DNA from: a virus
IMG/VR virus record: IMGVR_UViG_3300017917_001176
Location: 13,052 to 77,051 of that record
Length of the DNA stretch: 64,000 nucleotides
Strand: one strand, 5' to 3'
Position numbers and translations under genes: made by a program. The notes beneath the pieces are model-generated. The model was not told where the DNA came from and did no database searches. It saw nothing but the letters and a program-made list of their open reading frames with translations. The number at the start of each line of letters is the position of its first letter. Within the stretch, counting starts at the first letter, position 1. Below, piece by piece: positions 1 through 9,236 of this stretch.

Positions 1-1
1 T

Positions 2-889
2 GGCGACCGTATTACTGTGGTACCTATGTTGTATGAACCCAAGTACCGCGGCATGACTTCTGAAGCCATCTACGATGACTTGATGAAGAACGTTAAAGAA
101 GTCACACTGGATCAGCTGGCTGAGATGTTGCTAGATGAACACTTGGACGGCAACGGTGATGGCGACGGTGAAGGTGAAGGCGACGAAAAAGACGGCAAGG
201 GCCGTCCTAAGTTGAGCGAAGAAGAAAAGGCAGCTATCCGCGACGAGATCCGTGAAGCTGTTCTTAATGCTGCTCAACAAGCAGGTGCAGGTAATGTGCC
301 TGCAGGTGTCAAGCGCATGATTAAAGACTTAACCGAACCTGTTATTGACTGGCGTGAATTGCTACAGCAACAGATCGAAAGCACCATTAAAAGTGACTTC
401 ACTTGGATGAAGCCTAGCCGTCGAGGCTGGCACATGGATGCTGTAATGCCAGGTATGAAGCCAGGTGAGCAGATTGACGTTTGCATTGCAATTGACACTT
501 CGGGCAGTATTAGCGAACGTGACATCAAGGACTTCATGGCCGAAATCAAAGGCATTATGGAAGCCTATGATGAGTACAAGATTCATGTGTGGTGCTTTGA
601 TACTGAGATTTACAATCCACAGATTTTCACAAGTGAAAACCTAGAGGACATCTCAGCATACGAACCAGCAGGTGGTGGCGGTACTGACTTTATGGCTAAC
701 TGGGAGTTTATGAAAGAAAATCATATTGAGCCCAAGAAGTTCATTATGTTTACAGACGGTATGCCGTTTGGCGAGTGGGGTGAAGAAGAATACTGTGACA
801 CCTGCTGGATCATCAAAGGCAATCCTGATTGCGAACCACCATGGGGTGTTTGGGCACACTATGAAGAAGCAGCCAAAGGAAAGAAATAA
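2..889 (+). CDS. VWA-like domain protein (DUF2201-type, putative metallopeptidase-associated), 5'-truncated
   Basis: MIDAS-like DTSGS, GGGGTDF and FTDG motifs after an acidic Gly-rich linker; frame is open to the window edge. Confidence 0.75.
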   Translation, partial: GDRITVVPMLYEPKYRGMTSEAIYDDLMKNVKEVTLDQLAEMLLDEHLDGNGDGDGEGEGDEKDGKGRPKLSEEEKAAIRDEIREAVLNAAQQAGAGNVPAGVKRMIKDLTEPVIDWRELLQQQIESTIKSDFTWMKPSRRGWHMDAVMPGMKPGEQIDVCIAIDTSGSISERDIKDFMAEIKGIMEAYDEYKIHVWCFDTEIYNPQIFTSENLEDISAYEPAGGGGTDFMANWEFMKENHIEPKKFIMFTDGMPFGEWGEEEYCDTCWIIKGNPDCEPPWGVWAHYEEAAKGKK

Positions 890-1047
890 TGACCGACGAT
901 ATGAAATGGATCAGTTTAATCTTTATTTTTGTCTTAGGCATTCCATTGGTAGGACTTGGTATTGAAAAATACCAGATCCACCAGTGTCGCATTGAAGCAA
1001 TCAAAGCTAACATGGAGGCTGAGAAGATTTCTCAAGTGTGCAAATGA
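889..1047 (+). CDS. small single-TM hypothetical protein (52 aa, not in the ORF track)
   Basis: Hand translation MTDDMKWISLIFIFVLGIPLVGLGIEKYQIHQCRIEAIKANMEAEKISQVCK; TAATG coupling upstream, ATGA coupling downstream. Confidence 0.7.
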   Translation: MTDDMKWISLIFIFVLGIPLVGLGIEKYQIHQCRIEAIKANMEAEKISQVCK

Positions 1048-1316
1048 TGAAAGAAATCATTTATTTTTTACAGTGGCAGTGGCGTAGGTTTGAGACATGG
1101 CAGCGTATCTGGTTGTTTGCTGCCATGTGTCTAGGCGCAGCAATTACCTCAAGACCCGGCACAGCACAGAATGTATTGTATGGTATTGCTGCCGGTGTGT
1201 ACATTTTCTTTATTTGTAAATGGGTGTTCTGGGATGGCATTCACAGTGCCTGGGACAGCTATCAAAAAGAGAAACAACAGGTAGTCGATATCATGAAAGA
1301 TAGTGGAACAACATGA
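1044..1316 (+). CDS. hypothetical membrane protein (2 TM)
   Basis: Two hydrophobic segments; translationally coupled at both ends. Confidence 0.65.
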   Translation: MMKEIIYFLQWQWRRFETWQRIWLFAAMCLGAAITSRPGTAQNVLYGIAAGVYIFFICKWVFWDGIHSAWDSYQKEKQQVVDIMKDSGTT

Positions 1317-1504
1317 TCAATTGGATACAGCGTCAGCCTGCATGGTTGTGGCCATATTTGGTAGCCACTGCACTGTGCCTGGCTGGCACTGTTTCGCATG
1401 GTGTTTACACAATACTAGGTCTTGCTTTGTATCTGTTGATTATATTCCGCAAGGTGTATAATACACTATATAAGATGATACAAAAAGGATCTCATGATGT
1501 TTAG
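1313..1504 (+). CDS. hypothetical membrane protein
   Basis: 63 aa, two hydrophobic stretches, ATGA overlap. Confidence 0.6.
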   Translation: MINWIQRQPAWLWPYLVATALCLAGTVSHGVYTILGLALYLLIIFRKVYNTLYKMIQKGSHDV

Positions 1505-1679
1505 TTTTTTCAAACCAAAGTTGGTTAGATGGGAATACAAGATTCTACCCATTGGCAGTCATGAATCAGATGACTTTGCAGAAAATACACTGTTACTGGA
1601 TGCAATGGGCCAAATTGGTTGGGAAATGGTATCTGTCTATGGACAGTATGTGATATTCAAAAGACATGTTAAAGCATAA
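1494..1679 (+). CDS. DUF4177-like small protein
   Basis: WEYK...L..MG..GWEMVSV...IFKR pattern. Confidence 0.6.
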   Translation: MMFSFFKPKLVRWEYKILPIGSHESDDFAENTLLLDAMGQIGWEMVSVYGQYVIFKRHVKA

Positions 1680-1962
1680 CGAAATCAATCCTCTTAATGT
1701 TTTTGGTCTACGTAGACTGGAACATTGTCCAACGCATTTTGAAACTCTGTTGTTCGATCTGCGAGCACAAGAAAAAGACATAACCGATTGGATATACGAA
1801 AATCTTGCAGGCCGTTTTTACTTTGACGATCGGTATGCTATAAACGAAAAAGGTCAATTGGTGTTGTGCAAGTGTGTGGCGTTTGAAGATGCCAGCGAAC
1901 TCACATACTTTGCTATGTTTATGGACACAATTAACCGAAACGAGTTCCATAATCTAGTCTAA
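1666..1962 (+). CDS. phage hypothetical protein
   Basis: 98-aa ORF in an operon; W..ENL.GRF and FED.SE..YF pattern. Confidence 0.65.
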   Translation: MLKHNEINPLNVFGLRRLEHCPTHFETLLFDLRAQEKDITDWIYENLAGRFYFDDRYAINEKGQLVLCKCVAFEDASELTYFAMFMDTINRNEFHNLV

Positions 1963-1990
1963 GAAATTTTTCTCCTTGGCACACGGTCAG

Positions 1991-1996
1991 TAAATA
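1991..1996 (+). promoter_or_regulatory. putative late-promoter box TAAATA
   Basis: Intergenic GTAAATA upstream of GGAG RBS and ATG 2022. Confidence 0.5.
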
Positions 1997-2021
1997 CTAT
2001 GTGTTTATTATGGAGAAAAAC

Positions 2022-2294
2022 ATGCCCGAAGAAACAGCGCAACAGTCAGGTCCAAATTTAACCATTGGCGACTTGATCCTCACAGCTCAAATTATTCAAG
2101 CTGCTGCCGCTAAAGGTGTTTTCAAAGCTGAAGAACTACGTCCAGTAGGCGACTTCTACGAGCGTTTGGTAACTTTCCTTGAAGCCTCTGGTGCTATCTC
2201 AAGACAGCAACCTGCTGCCCCAGAATCCGCACCCGCACCAGCAACAAACCCAACACAGGAGAAAGCAAATGCTAAAACACGTAGGAAAGCATAA
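2022..2294 (+). CDS. hypothetical protein
   Basis: GGAG RBS before ATG 2022; Pro/Ala-rich C-terminal tail. Confidence 0.65.
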   Translation: MPEETAQQSGPNLTIGDLILTAQIIQAAAAKGVFKAEELRPVGDFYERLVTFLEASGAISRQQPAAPESAPAPATNPTQEKANAKTRRKA

Positions 2295-2937
2295 CGATCG
2301 TAAGATCGCAGTTTTATTTAGACAGGTACCTGGTGAAGACCATATGTGCCTATTGGTGTACAGTGACTTACTGCCACGTATAGTTCATGACGAAATCATG
2401 AAAACCATTGAAAGCCCAGCGGGCCAGGCTGCAGAAAATCTAGCCGATGCACTGTTTCGTACAGTCATGGCAGACGGACGCAACTGTCTTGAGACTCTAC
2501 ACAGAGAAGCATTTATCAAGAAGGTTCCTTGCAACCAAGTTGTAATGACTCCAACTACAAAATCAAACGTTCGTCTTGATGAACTAAATGGTATCTTAAC
2601 TGAAATGGCACAAGGTGCTGAGGCTGTTAAGCGCATGGCCGAACTTGATGCTGGTGCAGGTTATACTGGCAAACGTCGTCCAGCAGACACACGCGAAGTA
2701 GGTGTACCACGAGATAGTCGCAGCAAACCTGCAGAAGTCCCTTTAACTGAGTCTGGTGTTTTAACTGACGAGCTGATAGCACAGCAACGCATTGAACAAG
2801 CAGAAAAGATGAAAGCAAGTGCTCAACAGCTACTGGCAGAAGCAGAACGTCTAATGTCTGAAGCTACAGAGTTCAACCCTAAGTTAAAGACCAAGACAAC
2901 AAATGCCAAGAAAAAAGCCCCAGTCAAAGCGCATTAA
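2269..2937 (+). CDS. phage hypothetical protein with C-terminal coiled coil
   Basis: AGGAG RBS before ATG 2269 (MLKHVGKH); start revised from the ORF track. Confidence 0.7.
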   Translation: MLKHVGKHNDRKIAVLFRQVPGEDHMCLLVYSDLLPRIVHDEIMKTIESPAGQAAENLADALFRTVMADGRNCLETLHREAFIKKVPCNQVVMTPTTKSNVRLDELNGILTEMAQGAEAVKRMAELDAGAGYTGKRRPADTREVGVPRDSRSKPAEVPLTESGVLTDELIAQQRIEQAEKMKASAQQLLAEAERLMSEATEFNPKLKTKTTNAKKKAPVKAH

Positions 2938-3229
2938 TATTGATTCTAGAGAAAGATGGAAAAGCATACTAAAGACGGTTACCAAAGATGAAGTTCCAGT
3001 AACACTGATTCAAACTGTTACTGTGAACTTGATTGACGGCACCCGTGTTGAAATTGATATCCGAGAACTTATTGCCGAAGGCTTTGACAACGACGAAATT
3101 GAGGGTATGCTGAACAATCGTCTAAAAAAACTTGATGAAATTATTAAAGATGTTGATTTTTTTATCAATGTAGACAGTGTGGCTAGCACAGTACAACCTG
3201 TAACAGACGACATCTTGAAAAATCTATAA
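2903..3229 (+). CDS. phage hypothetical protein
   Basis: 108-aa ORF abutting dfr. Confidence 0.65.
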   Translation: MPRKKPQSKRINIDSRERWKSILKTVTKDEVPVTLIQTVTVNLIDGTRVEIDIRELIAEGFDNDEIEGMLNNRLKKLDEIIKDVDFFINVDSVASTVQPVTDDILKNL

Positions 3230-3230
3230 A

Positions 3231-3737
3231 ATGATCGCTAGTTTATTTTCCGTAGACCAAACAGGTGGAGTTGGTAATCGCGGGACCTTACCATGGAAAC
3301 ATCACCCAGAAGACATGGCGTGGTTTAAAGAACTCACTTTAAATCATGTTGTGGTAATGGGTCGTAAGACCTGGGACGATCCTGCAATGCCACATCCACT
3401 GCCCGGTCGAATCAACGTAGTAGTAACCAATAGGCCATTGGATGGCTATCGCTCAGTAAGAACCATTAGGGGCGATAGTATATGCAGTCGCATACTGGAA
3501 CTACAAACAATATATCCATCCAAAAATATTTGGATCATCGGTGGCGTTAATCTACTCATGCAGTGCATTGACATCACCGACCACGCCTATGTAACACATC
3601 GCAAAGGTAGTTTTTACTCAGACACTAGAATGCACATGAGTGATTACTTCAAAGGGTTTCGTGCTCAAAGTGCTAGACCTAGTAGCGATAAAATGTTAAA
3701 CTTTACAACATACAAAAACATAGATCCTTTTAGATAA
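3231..3737 (+). CDS. folA: dihydrofolate reductase
   Basis: LPW..PEDM.WFK, VVMGRKTW, PLPGRINVV and IIGG motifs; coupled to thyA. Confidence 0.95.
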   Translation: MIASLFSVDQTGGVGNRGTLPWKHHPEDMAWFKELTLNHVVVMGRKTWDDPAMPHPLPGRINVVVTNRPLDGYRSVRTIRGDSICSRILELQTIYPSKNIWIIGGVNLLMQCIDITDHAYVTHRKGSFYSDTRMHMSDYFKGFRAQSARPSSDKMLNFTTYKNIDPFR

Positions 3738-4648
3738 TGAAACAATATCATGACGCTCTACAAACTGTTCTACGAGACGGTACCCAACGCAGCGACCGTA
3801 CTGGCACTGGTACTATCAGTGTATTTGGTATGCAACAACGCTATAACCTGGCTGAAGGCTTTCCTGCTGTAACTACCAAGCGACTGGCCTGGCGGTCAGT
3901 GGTGTCAGAGTTGCTGTGGTTTATTGAAGGTTCAGGGGACGAAAAACGCCTGCGAGAGATACTACATGGTAGCAGGGATAGTGACAAGAAAACCATCTGG
4001 ACGGACAATGCCACAGCACCATACTGGAAACCTAGTGCTCGCTTTGATGGCGACCTAGGACGAGTATATGGTGTGCAATGGCGTCACTGGCGTACTGCTC
4101 AGCACATAAAGACTGGCAGTTTTAAAAATGAATTTGGCAGCTACTTTAGTCAACAAGGTGGTATTACAATGACCGAAGTTGATCAATTACGTGGCTTAAT
4201 TGAGGGCATAAACAGAGACCCTTACGGAAGACGACACATATTATCAGCATGGAACCCGGGCGAGTTACAAGCCATGGCCCTGCCCCCGTGTCACGTACTA
4301 GCTCAGTTCTACGTAGCTGACGGTAAACTTAGCTGCCAAATGTATCAAAGAAGTTGCGACATGTTTCTTGGAGTACCCTTTAATATCGCAAGCTACAGCC
4401 TGCTCACGGCCATGATAGCTCAAGTGTGCGACCTTAAGGTTGGGGAGTTCGTTCATGTTCTCGGCGATGCACACATCTACTCGAATCACGTTGAACAGGT
4501 AAAAGAACAGCTAACACGTGAACCATTGCCTGCGCCAACTCTTTGGCTTAACCCTGATATCAGAGACATTACCAAGTTCACCATGGATGATATTCGTTTG
4601 GACAACTATTCATGTCATGACGCTATCACTGCACCGATGGCCGTATGA
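3737..4648 (+). CDS. thyA: thymidylate synthase
   Basis: DRTGTGT, ELLWF, YGVQWR, MALPPCH, YQRSCDMFLGVPFN and HIYSNH motifs. Confidence 0.97.
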   Translation: MKQYHDALQTVLRDGTQRSDRTGTGTISVFGMQQRYNLAEGFPAVTTKRLAWRSVVSELLWFIEGSGDEKRLREILHGSRDSDKKTIWTDNATAPYWKPSARFDGDLGRVYGVQWRHWRTAQHIKTGSFKNEFGSYFSQQGGITMTEVDQLRGLIEGINRDPYGRRHILSAWNPGELQAMALPPCHVLAQFYVADGKLSCQMYQRSCDMFLGVPFNIASYSLLTAMIAQVCDLKVGEFVHVLGDAHIYSNHVEQVKEQLTREPLPAPTLWLNPDIRDITKFTMDDIRLDNYSCHDAITAPMAV

Positions 4649-4896
4649 TCGTATTCAAGACCCTGCGCATAGCGGATTGTGAAGATCCAGAAATATATGC
4701 TGCTGCTCCAATCGTTGAGTGGCAGCATACTGATGAAGGCGCTTGGGTAATGAAGCATGCAGTAGAAACTCCTAGTTATCGTATCAGAACCTGCCCCGAC
4801 ACCTGGGGCTACGTTGTAGACATCTACGGCCAGTTGAACGAAGCAGACGAAGTATTCTACAGATTAAAATATGACGTTCAAAGTTCACATCGCTGA
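4645..4896 (+). CDS. phage hypothetical protein
   Basis: 83 aa, coupled to thyA; ends in FYRLKY-type motif. Confidence 0.6.
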   Translation: MIVFKTLRIADCEDPEIYAAAPIVEWQHTDEGAWVMKHAVETPSYRIRTCPDTWGYVVDIYGQLNEADEVFYRLKYDVQSSHR

Positions 4897-5095
4897 TCCG
4901 GCACCCAACGGATACGATTACAATCAAGATTATTACGACAGCATGGATGCCTGGGCACAAGAACACTGTGCCAGTTATGTAGGATACATTGTGGTTGATG
5001 TTGCAGATGTCAGCGCCTTTTGGGACGAAATTGGCGAATACGAATTTCGTGACCCAAAAGATGCAATGGCTTTTACATTAAAATTTAAACACTGA
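4871..5095 (+). CDS. phage hypothetical protein
   Basis: 74 aa; C-terminal [14 protein letters not shown]. Confidence 0.6.
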   Translation: MTFKVHIADPAPNGYDYNQDYYDSMDAWAQEHCASYVGYIVVDVADVSAFWDEIGEYEFRDPKDAMAFTLKFKH

Positions 5096-5390
5096 AGCTG
5101 CTGCCGCAACCACAGGTTGTTTGTGCGTTGGGATTCTTGATTACAAACTGACTGCCCATATCGTTTTCTTCGTAGTCTAACACTGCACCAGTTAGGTACT
5201 GCATGCTCATGCTGTCTACTAGAACTTTGCCTAATTCAAAGTCATCTTCTTCTTTGGCTTGTTCAAAATCAAACACATAGTTGAATCCTGAACATCCGCC
5301 GCCTTGAATTGATATACGCAGATAAGGTTCTGCATTTTCTGCAAGGCCCATGTCAATTTCTTTGACTGCTGTTTCTGTAATTGTGATCAT
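5085..5390 (-). CDS. erpA: A-type Fe-S cluster carrier, ErpA-like
   Basis: GGGCSGF.Y.F and [14 protein letters not shown]; true start MITITE at 5390 overlaps the iscU stop (ATGA). Confidence 0.88.
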   Translation of the reverse strand: MITITETAVKEIDMGLAENAEPYLRISIQGGGCSGFNYVFDFEQAKEEDDFELGKVLVDSMSMQYLTGAVLDYEENDMGSQFVIKNPNAQTTCGCGSSFSV

Positions 5391-5764
5391 TGGTGTTTTC
5401 CTTTGTAGTCTGCAATTGCTGCTTTGATTGCGTCTTCTGCTAGAATGCTGCAATGTATCTTAACAGGAGGCAATGCCAGTTCTTCTGCAATAACAGAATT
5501 TTTAATGGTCTGCGCCTCATCCAAGGACATGCCTTTTAGCATTTCTGTTACCAGGCTCGAACTGGCAATGGCACTACCGCAACCGTATGTTTTAAACTTT
5601 GCATCTTCAATGATACCTGCATCGTTTACTTTAATTTGTAGTTTCATTACGTCACCACACGCAGGCGCACCTACCATGCCTGTGCCAATGCTGTCGTCAA
5701 TGTCGAACTTGCCCACGTTACGTGGATTTTCATAATGGTCAATCACTTGATTTGAATATGCCAT
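5387..5764 (-). CDS. iscU: Fe-S cluster scaffold IscU
   Basis: [27 protein letters not shown] and LPPVKIHC. Confidence 0.96.
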   Translation of the reverse strand: MAYSNQVIDHYENPRNVGKFDIDDSIGTGMVGAPACGDVMKLQIKVNDAGIIEDAKFKTYGCGSAIASSSLVTEMLKGMSLDEAQTIKNSVIAEELALPPVKIHCSILAEDAIKAAIADYKGKHQ

Positions 5765-5766
5765 AG

Positions 5767-6087
5767 TTATACCCTAAAACTTTCTCCGCATCCGCAGCGG
5801 TCACGTTCATTTGGATTCTTAAAATCAAATCCTTCATTAAGTCCCTGGCGTATGTAATCCATTTCCAGACCCGACACGTATGCTAGACTCTTAGGGTCAA
5901 CAAAAATATTCACGTCGTATGATGTGTATTGTACATCCTCTGGATCGGGGGTGTCAACGTATTCGAGTTTGTATGCAAGTCCGCTACAGCCTGTGGTGCG
6001 AACTCCTACCCTAATGCCCACACCGTGTCCGCGATGGGCGATAGTTTTCATGACCTTTTCGGCCGCTTTTTGAGTTAATGTTATCAT
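5767..6087 (-). CDS. iscA: Fe-S cluster assembly protein IscA
   Basis: TTGCSGLAY.LEYVD, GLNEGF.F.NPN and CGCGESF. Confidence 0.93.
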   Translation of the reverse strand: MITLTQKAAEKVMKTIAHRGHGVGIRVGVRTTGCSGLAYKLEYVDTPDPEDVQYTSYDVNIFVDPKSLAYVSGLEMDYIRQGLNEGFDFKNPNERDRCGCGESFRV

Positions 6088-6126
6088 GTTGTCTGGGTGT
6101 CCTATTGTAAATTAGTGCCAGCTTTG

Positions 6127-6141
6127 TATTTATTGTAAATA
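6127..6141. promoter_or_regulatory. back-to-back late-promoter boxes (TATTTA-ttg-TAAATA)
   Basis: Minus-strand TAAATA at 6127-6132 faces iscA; plus-strand TAAATA at 6136-6141 is 5 nt before ATG 6147. Confidence 0.6.
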
Positions 6142-6146
6142 TTCAT

Positions 6147-6722
6147 ATGAAGCCTGTTTTAATGATTCACGAAATGAGTGAGTCTATTTTAGCACTGCCC
6201 TTGAAGAATTATGTGCTAACATTTGACGATGCTCTTTACAGCCAGTACTACTATTGGCCGCAATTGCGTGATATACCCACGCAAAAATACTTCTTTGTAA
6301 GCTCAGACATACTGTGTGTAAATGGCATACAAAGTCAAGAATTCCCTTCTTGTACCGCAGCACATGCCAAAGCAGCCACGGGCAACTACGAAGATTACAT
6401 GACCTTGTCGCAGTTAAAAGAACTAGCACAAGACCCCAGAGTAACCATTGGCGGGCACGGGCATGTTCATAAAGATCTACGCAAAACACAAGGTCTACAA
6501 AATCGTATCACTTTCATGCTAGAAGACACAGAACGCATGCTCAACTGGTTTGACACTAATCTTCAATTTAGACCAACTGCATTCTGCTATCCTTACAACA
6601 ACGATGTGGATCAATTGTACACTGCGGTTTTACAACGTGCTGGCTTCAAGCAATTTTTCGGTCGTGAGCGAACACCAGTTGAAACGCTTCTGCAAAACAC
6701 GCACCTATCTGAGTGCCTCTGA
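6147..6722 (+). CDS. polysaccharide deacetylase (NodB/CE4-like)
   Basis: LTFDD, GGHGHVH and FCYPY motifs. Confidence 0.85.
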   Translation: MKPVLMIHEMSESILALPLKNYVLTFDDALYSQYYYWPQLRDIPTQKYFFVSSDILCVNGIQSQEFPSCTAAHAKAATGNYEDYMTLSQLKELAQDPRVTIGGHGHVHKDLRKTQGLQNRITFMLEDTERMLNWFDTNLQFRPTAFCYPYNNDVDQLYTAVLQRAGFKQFFGRERTPVETLLQNTHLSECL

Positions 6723-7296
6723 GCACTGCCAGTGCTTCCATACTTTCAACTGATCTAGCATCAGGATACTCATAGGTCTCGGTGTCATACCATGACAGTA
6801 CAGTTCTTTTGGTGTCCATGTAATCTGTTATATCCACCCACTGATTGGCCTGCATGATTGTGCCTGTGGCCCAGTTAACTGAGTTTTCACACATGTACAA
6901 TCTTTTTACTGTGCAATCTGCTTTTGGTCTGCATGCAACCAGCGCAGCTTCTGCTGTTAACTTATGATCTCTATGCAGGTCATCACGATGATGTGTGTAC
7001 ACTACATCAATATCCAACTGCTGTACCAACTGAGATATGTGTTCAACTGCATGTGTATAATCTAGATGCACATCATCAGCTTCACCAATCACAGAGTTTG
7101 CCCCCAACATCTGACACACACGTTGAAATGTTTGTTGCCGTGCTTCCTCAACGTATTCTGCATTTGGTCTATTACCTCTGCACAAGCTGGCTATCCATAC
7201 TCTATGCCCATCTGCGGTTAGTTTTCTAATGGTACCGGCTGGCCCAAACGCTTCATCATCTGGGTGTGCAAATACAAACAGTATGTTCTGTTTCAT
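6646..7296 (-). CDS. PIG-L/LmbE family deacetylase
   Basis: AHPDDE and H..D.HRDH motifs; C-terminal AEAF. Confidence 0.9.
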   Translation of the reverse strand: MKQNILFVFAHPDDEAFGPAGTIRKLTADGHRVWIASLCRGNRPNAEYVEEARQQTFQRVCQMLGANSVIGEADDVHLDYTHAVEHISQLVQQLDIDVVYTHHRDDLHRDHKLTAEAALVACRPKADCTVKRLYMCENSVNWATGTIMQANQWVDITDYMDTKRTVLSWYDTETYEYPDARSVESMEALAVLRGTQIGACFAEAFQLVFAHDRKIA

Positions 7297-8222
7297 AGCA
7301 TGTCCTTGATAATACTGTCTAGGTCGTATGCGGGCACGTATCCTGTTACTGTTTTAATCTTGCTTAGATCCGGAACACGCATGTCAATGTCACCGTGATT
7401 CTTGCTGAATGCTTGTTCATAGGGTACATGCACTATTTTGCTACCTGAACCACTGAGTTCAATCACACGTTCAGCCAATTGATTTATAGTAACAGGCTGG
7501 TCGTTGCCAATGTTAAACAGCTCTCCATTTACAGTGGATACTTTGAGCAATGCGTTCATGGCATCTTTAACATGACAAAAACTGCGCACCTGTGTGCCAC
7601 TGCCGTATATGATCAAGTCTTCATTGCGTTTGGCTGCATTAACAAAGCGTGGCAGTACCATACCGTAGTCGCCCAACTGTCCAGGTCCTGTTACATTAAA
7701 GAATCGTACCAGTGTGAACGGAAAGTTACTGGCGCGAATCTGAAACTCAGTCATTAGTTTTGCTGTGGCATACCCCCAACGCAGTTTGCTACTGGGGCCA
7801 ATGCTGGCATTGGCTTCTTCGTGGAACGGACCGTTGCCGTATATCTCACTGGTGCTGGAGAATACCACATGACGTTTGGCTTTTTGAAAGAATGGAATTA
7901 GTTTATTGTTTAGTGCAATGTTGTTGAACAGTGTGCCACTAGGGTCTTTGTCAATGTGTTCTACTCCAACACTGCCTGCCAGGTGCCAGATCTTGTCGTG
8001 CTTGCGCACAATCTGTAACAGTTCATCTTCACTCATGGCAGTTAAATCGCCTTCGATAAAGCGATACAGGTTCTTATGCACAGCAAACTCCTCGCGAGGA
8101 TCGCTGCTGGTAGCTAGATTATCAATCACAGTAACGCCCACATGGCGTTCACGTTGATTAAACAGTGTGTGAGTCAGGTGCCGACCAATGAAGCCCGCGC
8201 CGCCCAGAATTAAATGATTCAT
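7293..8222 (-). CDS. NAD-dependent nucleotide-sugar epimerase/dehydratase (ArnA/UXS-like SDR)
   Basis: GGAGFIG, SSTSEIYG, RWGYATAK (YxxxK), RFFNVTGP, G.G.QVRSF; start taken at ATG 8222. Confidence 0.9.
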   Translation of the reverse strand: MNHLILGGAGFIGRHLTHTLFNQRERHVGVTVIDNLATSSDPREEFAVHKNLYRFIEGDLTAMSEDELLQIVRKHDKIWHLAGSVGVEHIDKDPSGTLFNNIALNNKLIPFFQKAKRHVVFSSTSEIYGNGPFHEEANASIGPSSKLRWGYATAKLMTEFQIRASNFPFTLVRFFNVTGPGQLGDYGMVLPRFVNAAKRNEDLIIYGSGTQVRSFCHVKDAMNALLKVSTVNGELFNIGNDQPVTINQLAERVIELSGSGSKIVHVPYEQAFSKNHGDIDMRVPDLSKIKTVTGYVPAYDLDSIIKDML

Positions 8223-8772
8223 ATATTTCACCTAGTGTTATTGCTTCTGAAAATACAGGTCTAAGATCTGCCATGGCTCTTACTACATCTCGTACATGTG
8301 CAATGGCATGCAGCTGATCCGGATTCTCAGGTTTGTGTGCAGTACCCATCACGCAGCGTTTAACAAAGCTGTCCGGATCTGCATCTTCACCGTATACAGA
8401 TGGCAAGCGATAGTTTACACATTCGCGTCCTGTGTGCTTTAGATAGATTTCCATGCACCGCTTGGCTACATTATACGCACCTTGCGCCGTTTCTGCAATA
8501 TGTTCAGCACCAAAACTGCTGGCATTAACAAACACTGCATCGGAGTCAATGGCAAGAGCTTTTCGAGTTAGATCCATGATAGTATCCATTACACCTGTGG
8601 TATCTTCTTTGATACGTGCAGTTGTAGCAGGGCAAGCCAGGTGATAGATTCTTTCGCATGATACAGGCGTGAAATCACGGTCAATCAGCACCACGTGGTG
8701 GCCTCTACGCTGCAATTCCACCACTAAATGTCGGCCTATAAAGCCAGTGTGCCCTGTTACTGCGATTTCCAT
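8158..8772 (-). CDS. short NAD-dependent epimerase/dehydratase (UXS-like N-terminal region)
   Basis: GHTGFIG, IYHLACPA, YNVAK, RLPSVYG. Confidence 0.8.
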   Translation of the reverse strand: MEIAVTGHTGFIGRHLVVELQRRGHHVVLIDRDFTPVSCERIYHLACPATTARIKEDTTGVMDTIMDLTRKALAIDSDAVFVNASSFGAEHIAETAQGAYNVAKRCMEIYLKHTGRECVNYRLPSVYGEDADPDSFVKRCVMGTAHKPENPDQLHAIAHVRDVVRAMADLRPVFSEAITLGEIYESFNSGRRGLHWSAPDSHTV

Positions 8773-9236
8773 ACTGCGTTATCCCATCCTAATCGAATAA
8801 ATCGTACACCAGGTTTTTGTAATCCTTCTTTGACTGCGCGAACAAAACTGCTGCAATCTTCTGGTTCATACAGTGGTATGTCTAGCGCATCCATAAGTGC
8901 GGCATCATCGGCAACAAGGTGGCCACGCCCACAGATGCTATAACAGCCATTATGTCCAGCATTAACAAAAATAATACTGCCCGTGTTTTCGGCCCAACCT
9001 TTGATATTAAGTTTAATTTGCTCATATGCTTTGTAGATAACGAATCCTGCGACTCCGTATATAATTACTTTCTTTCCTTGACTAGCCAGCCCTGCTGCAA
9101 TGTTAACCATGTTGGGTTCTTGCACACCGCAATTGATTTGTTTATAATCACCGTCGGTCCACTTCCACATGTCTCCATGCAAGAAATAAACTTCGCCCGG
9201 GTAGCGTGAAAGAAACTTATGTAAGGTTGCTCGCAT
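8757..9236 (-). CDS. split transketolase, pyrimidine-binding subunit (no C-terminal domain)
   Basis: NCGVQEPNMVNIAAGLA and AYEQIK; only 159 aa. Confidence 0.8.
   Translation of the reverse strand: MRATLHKFLSRYPGEVYFLHGDMWKWTDGDYKQINCGVQEPNMVNIAAGLASQGKKVIIYGVAGFVIYKAYEQIKLNIKGWAENTGSIIFVNAGHNGCYSICGRGHLVADDAALMDALDIPLYEPEDCSSFVRAVKEGLQKPGVRFIRLGWDNAVWKSQ

Noticed and set aside
1436-1462. TTGATT...TATAAT sigma70 promoter
   Set aside because: Spacer is only 15 nt and it lies inside a coding region
3737-4648. thyA as a base-hypermodifying hydroxymethylase or an intron/intein host
   Set aside because: Retains the dUMP-specific Asn in VPFN and is paired with DHFR; the only insert is a short loop
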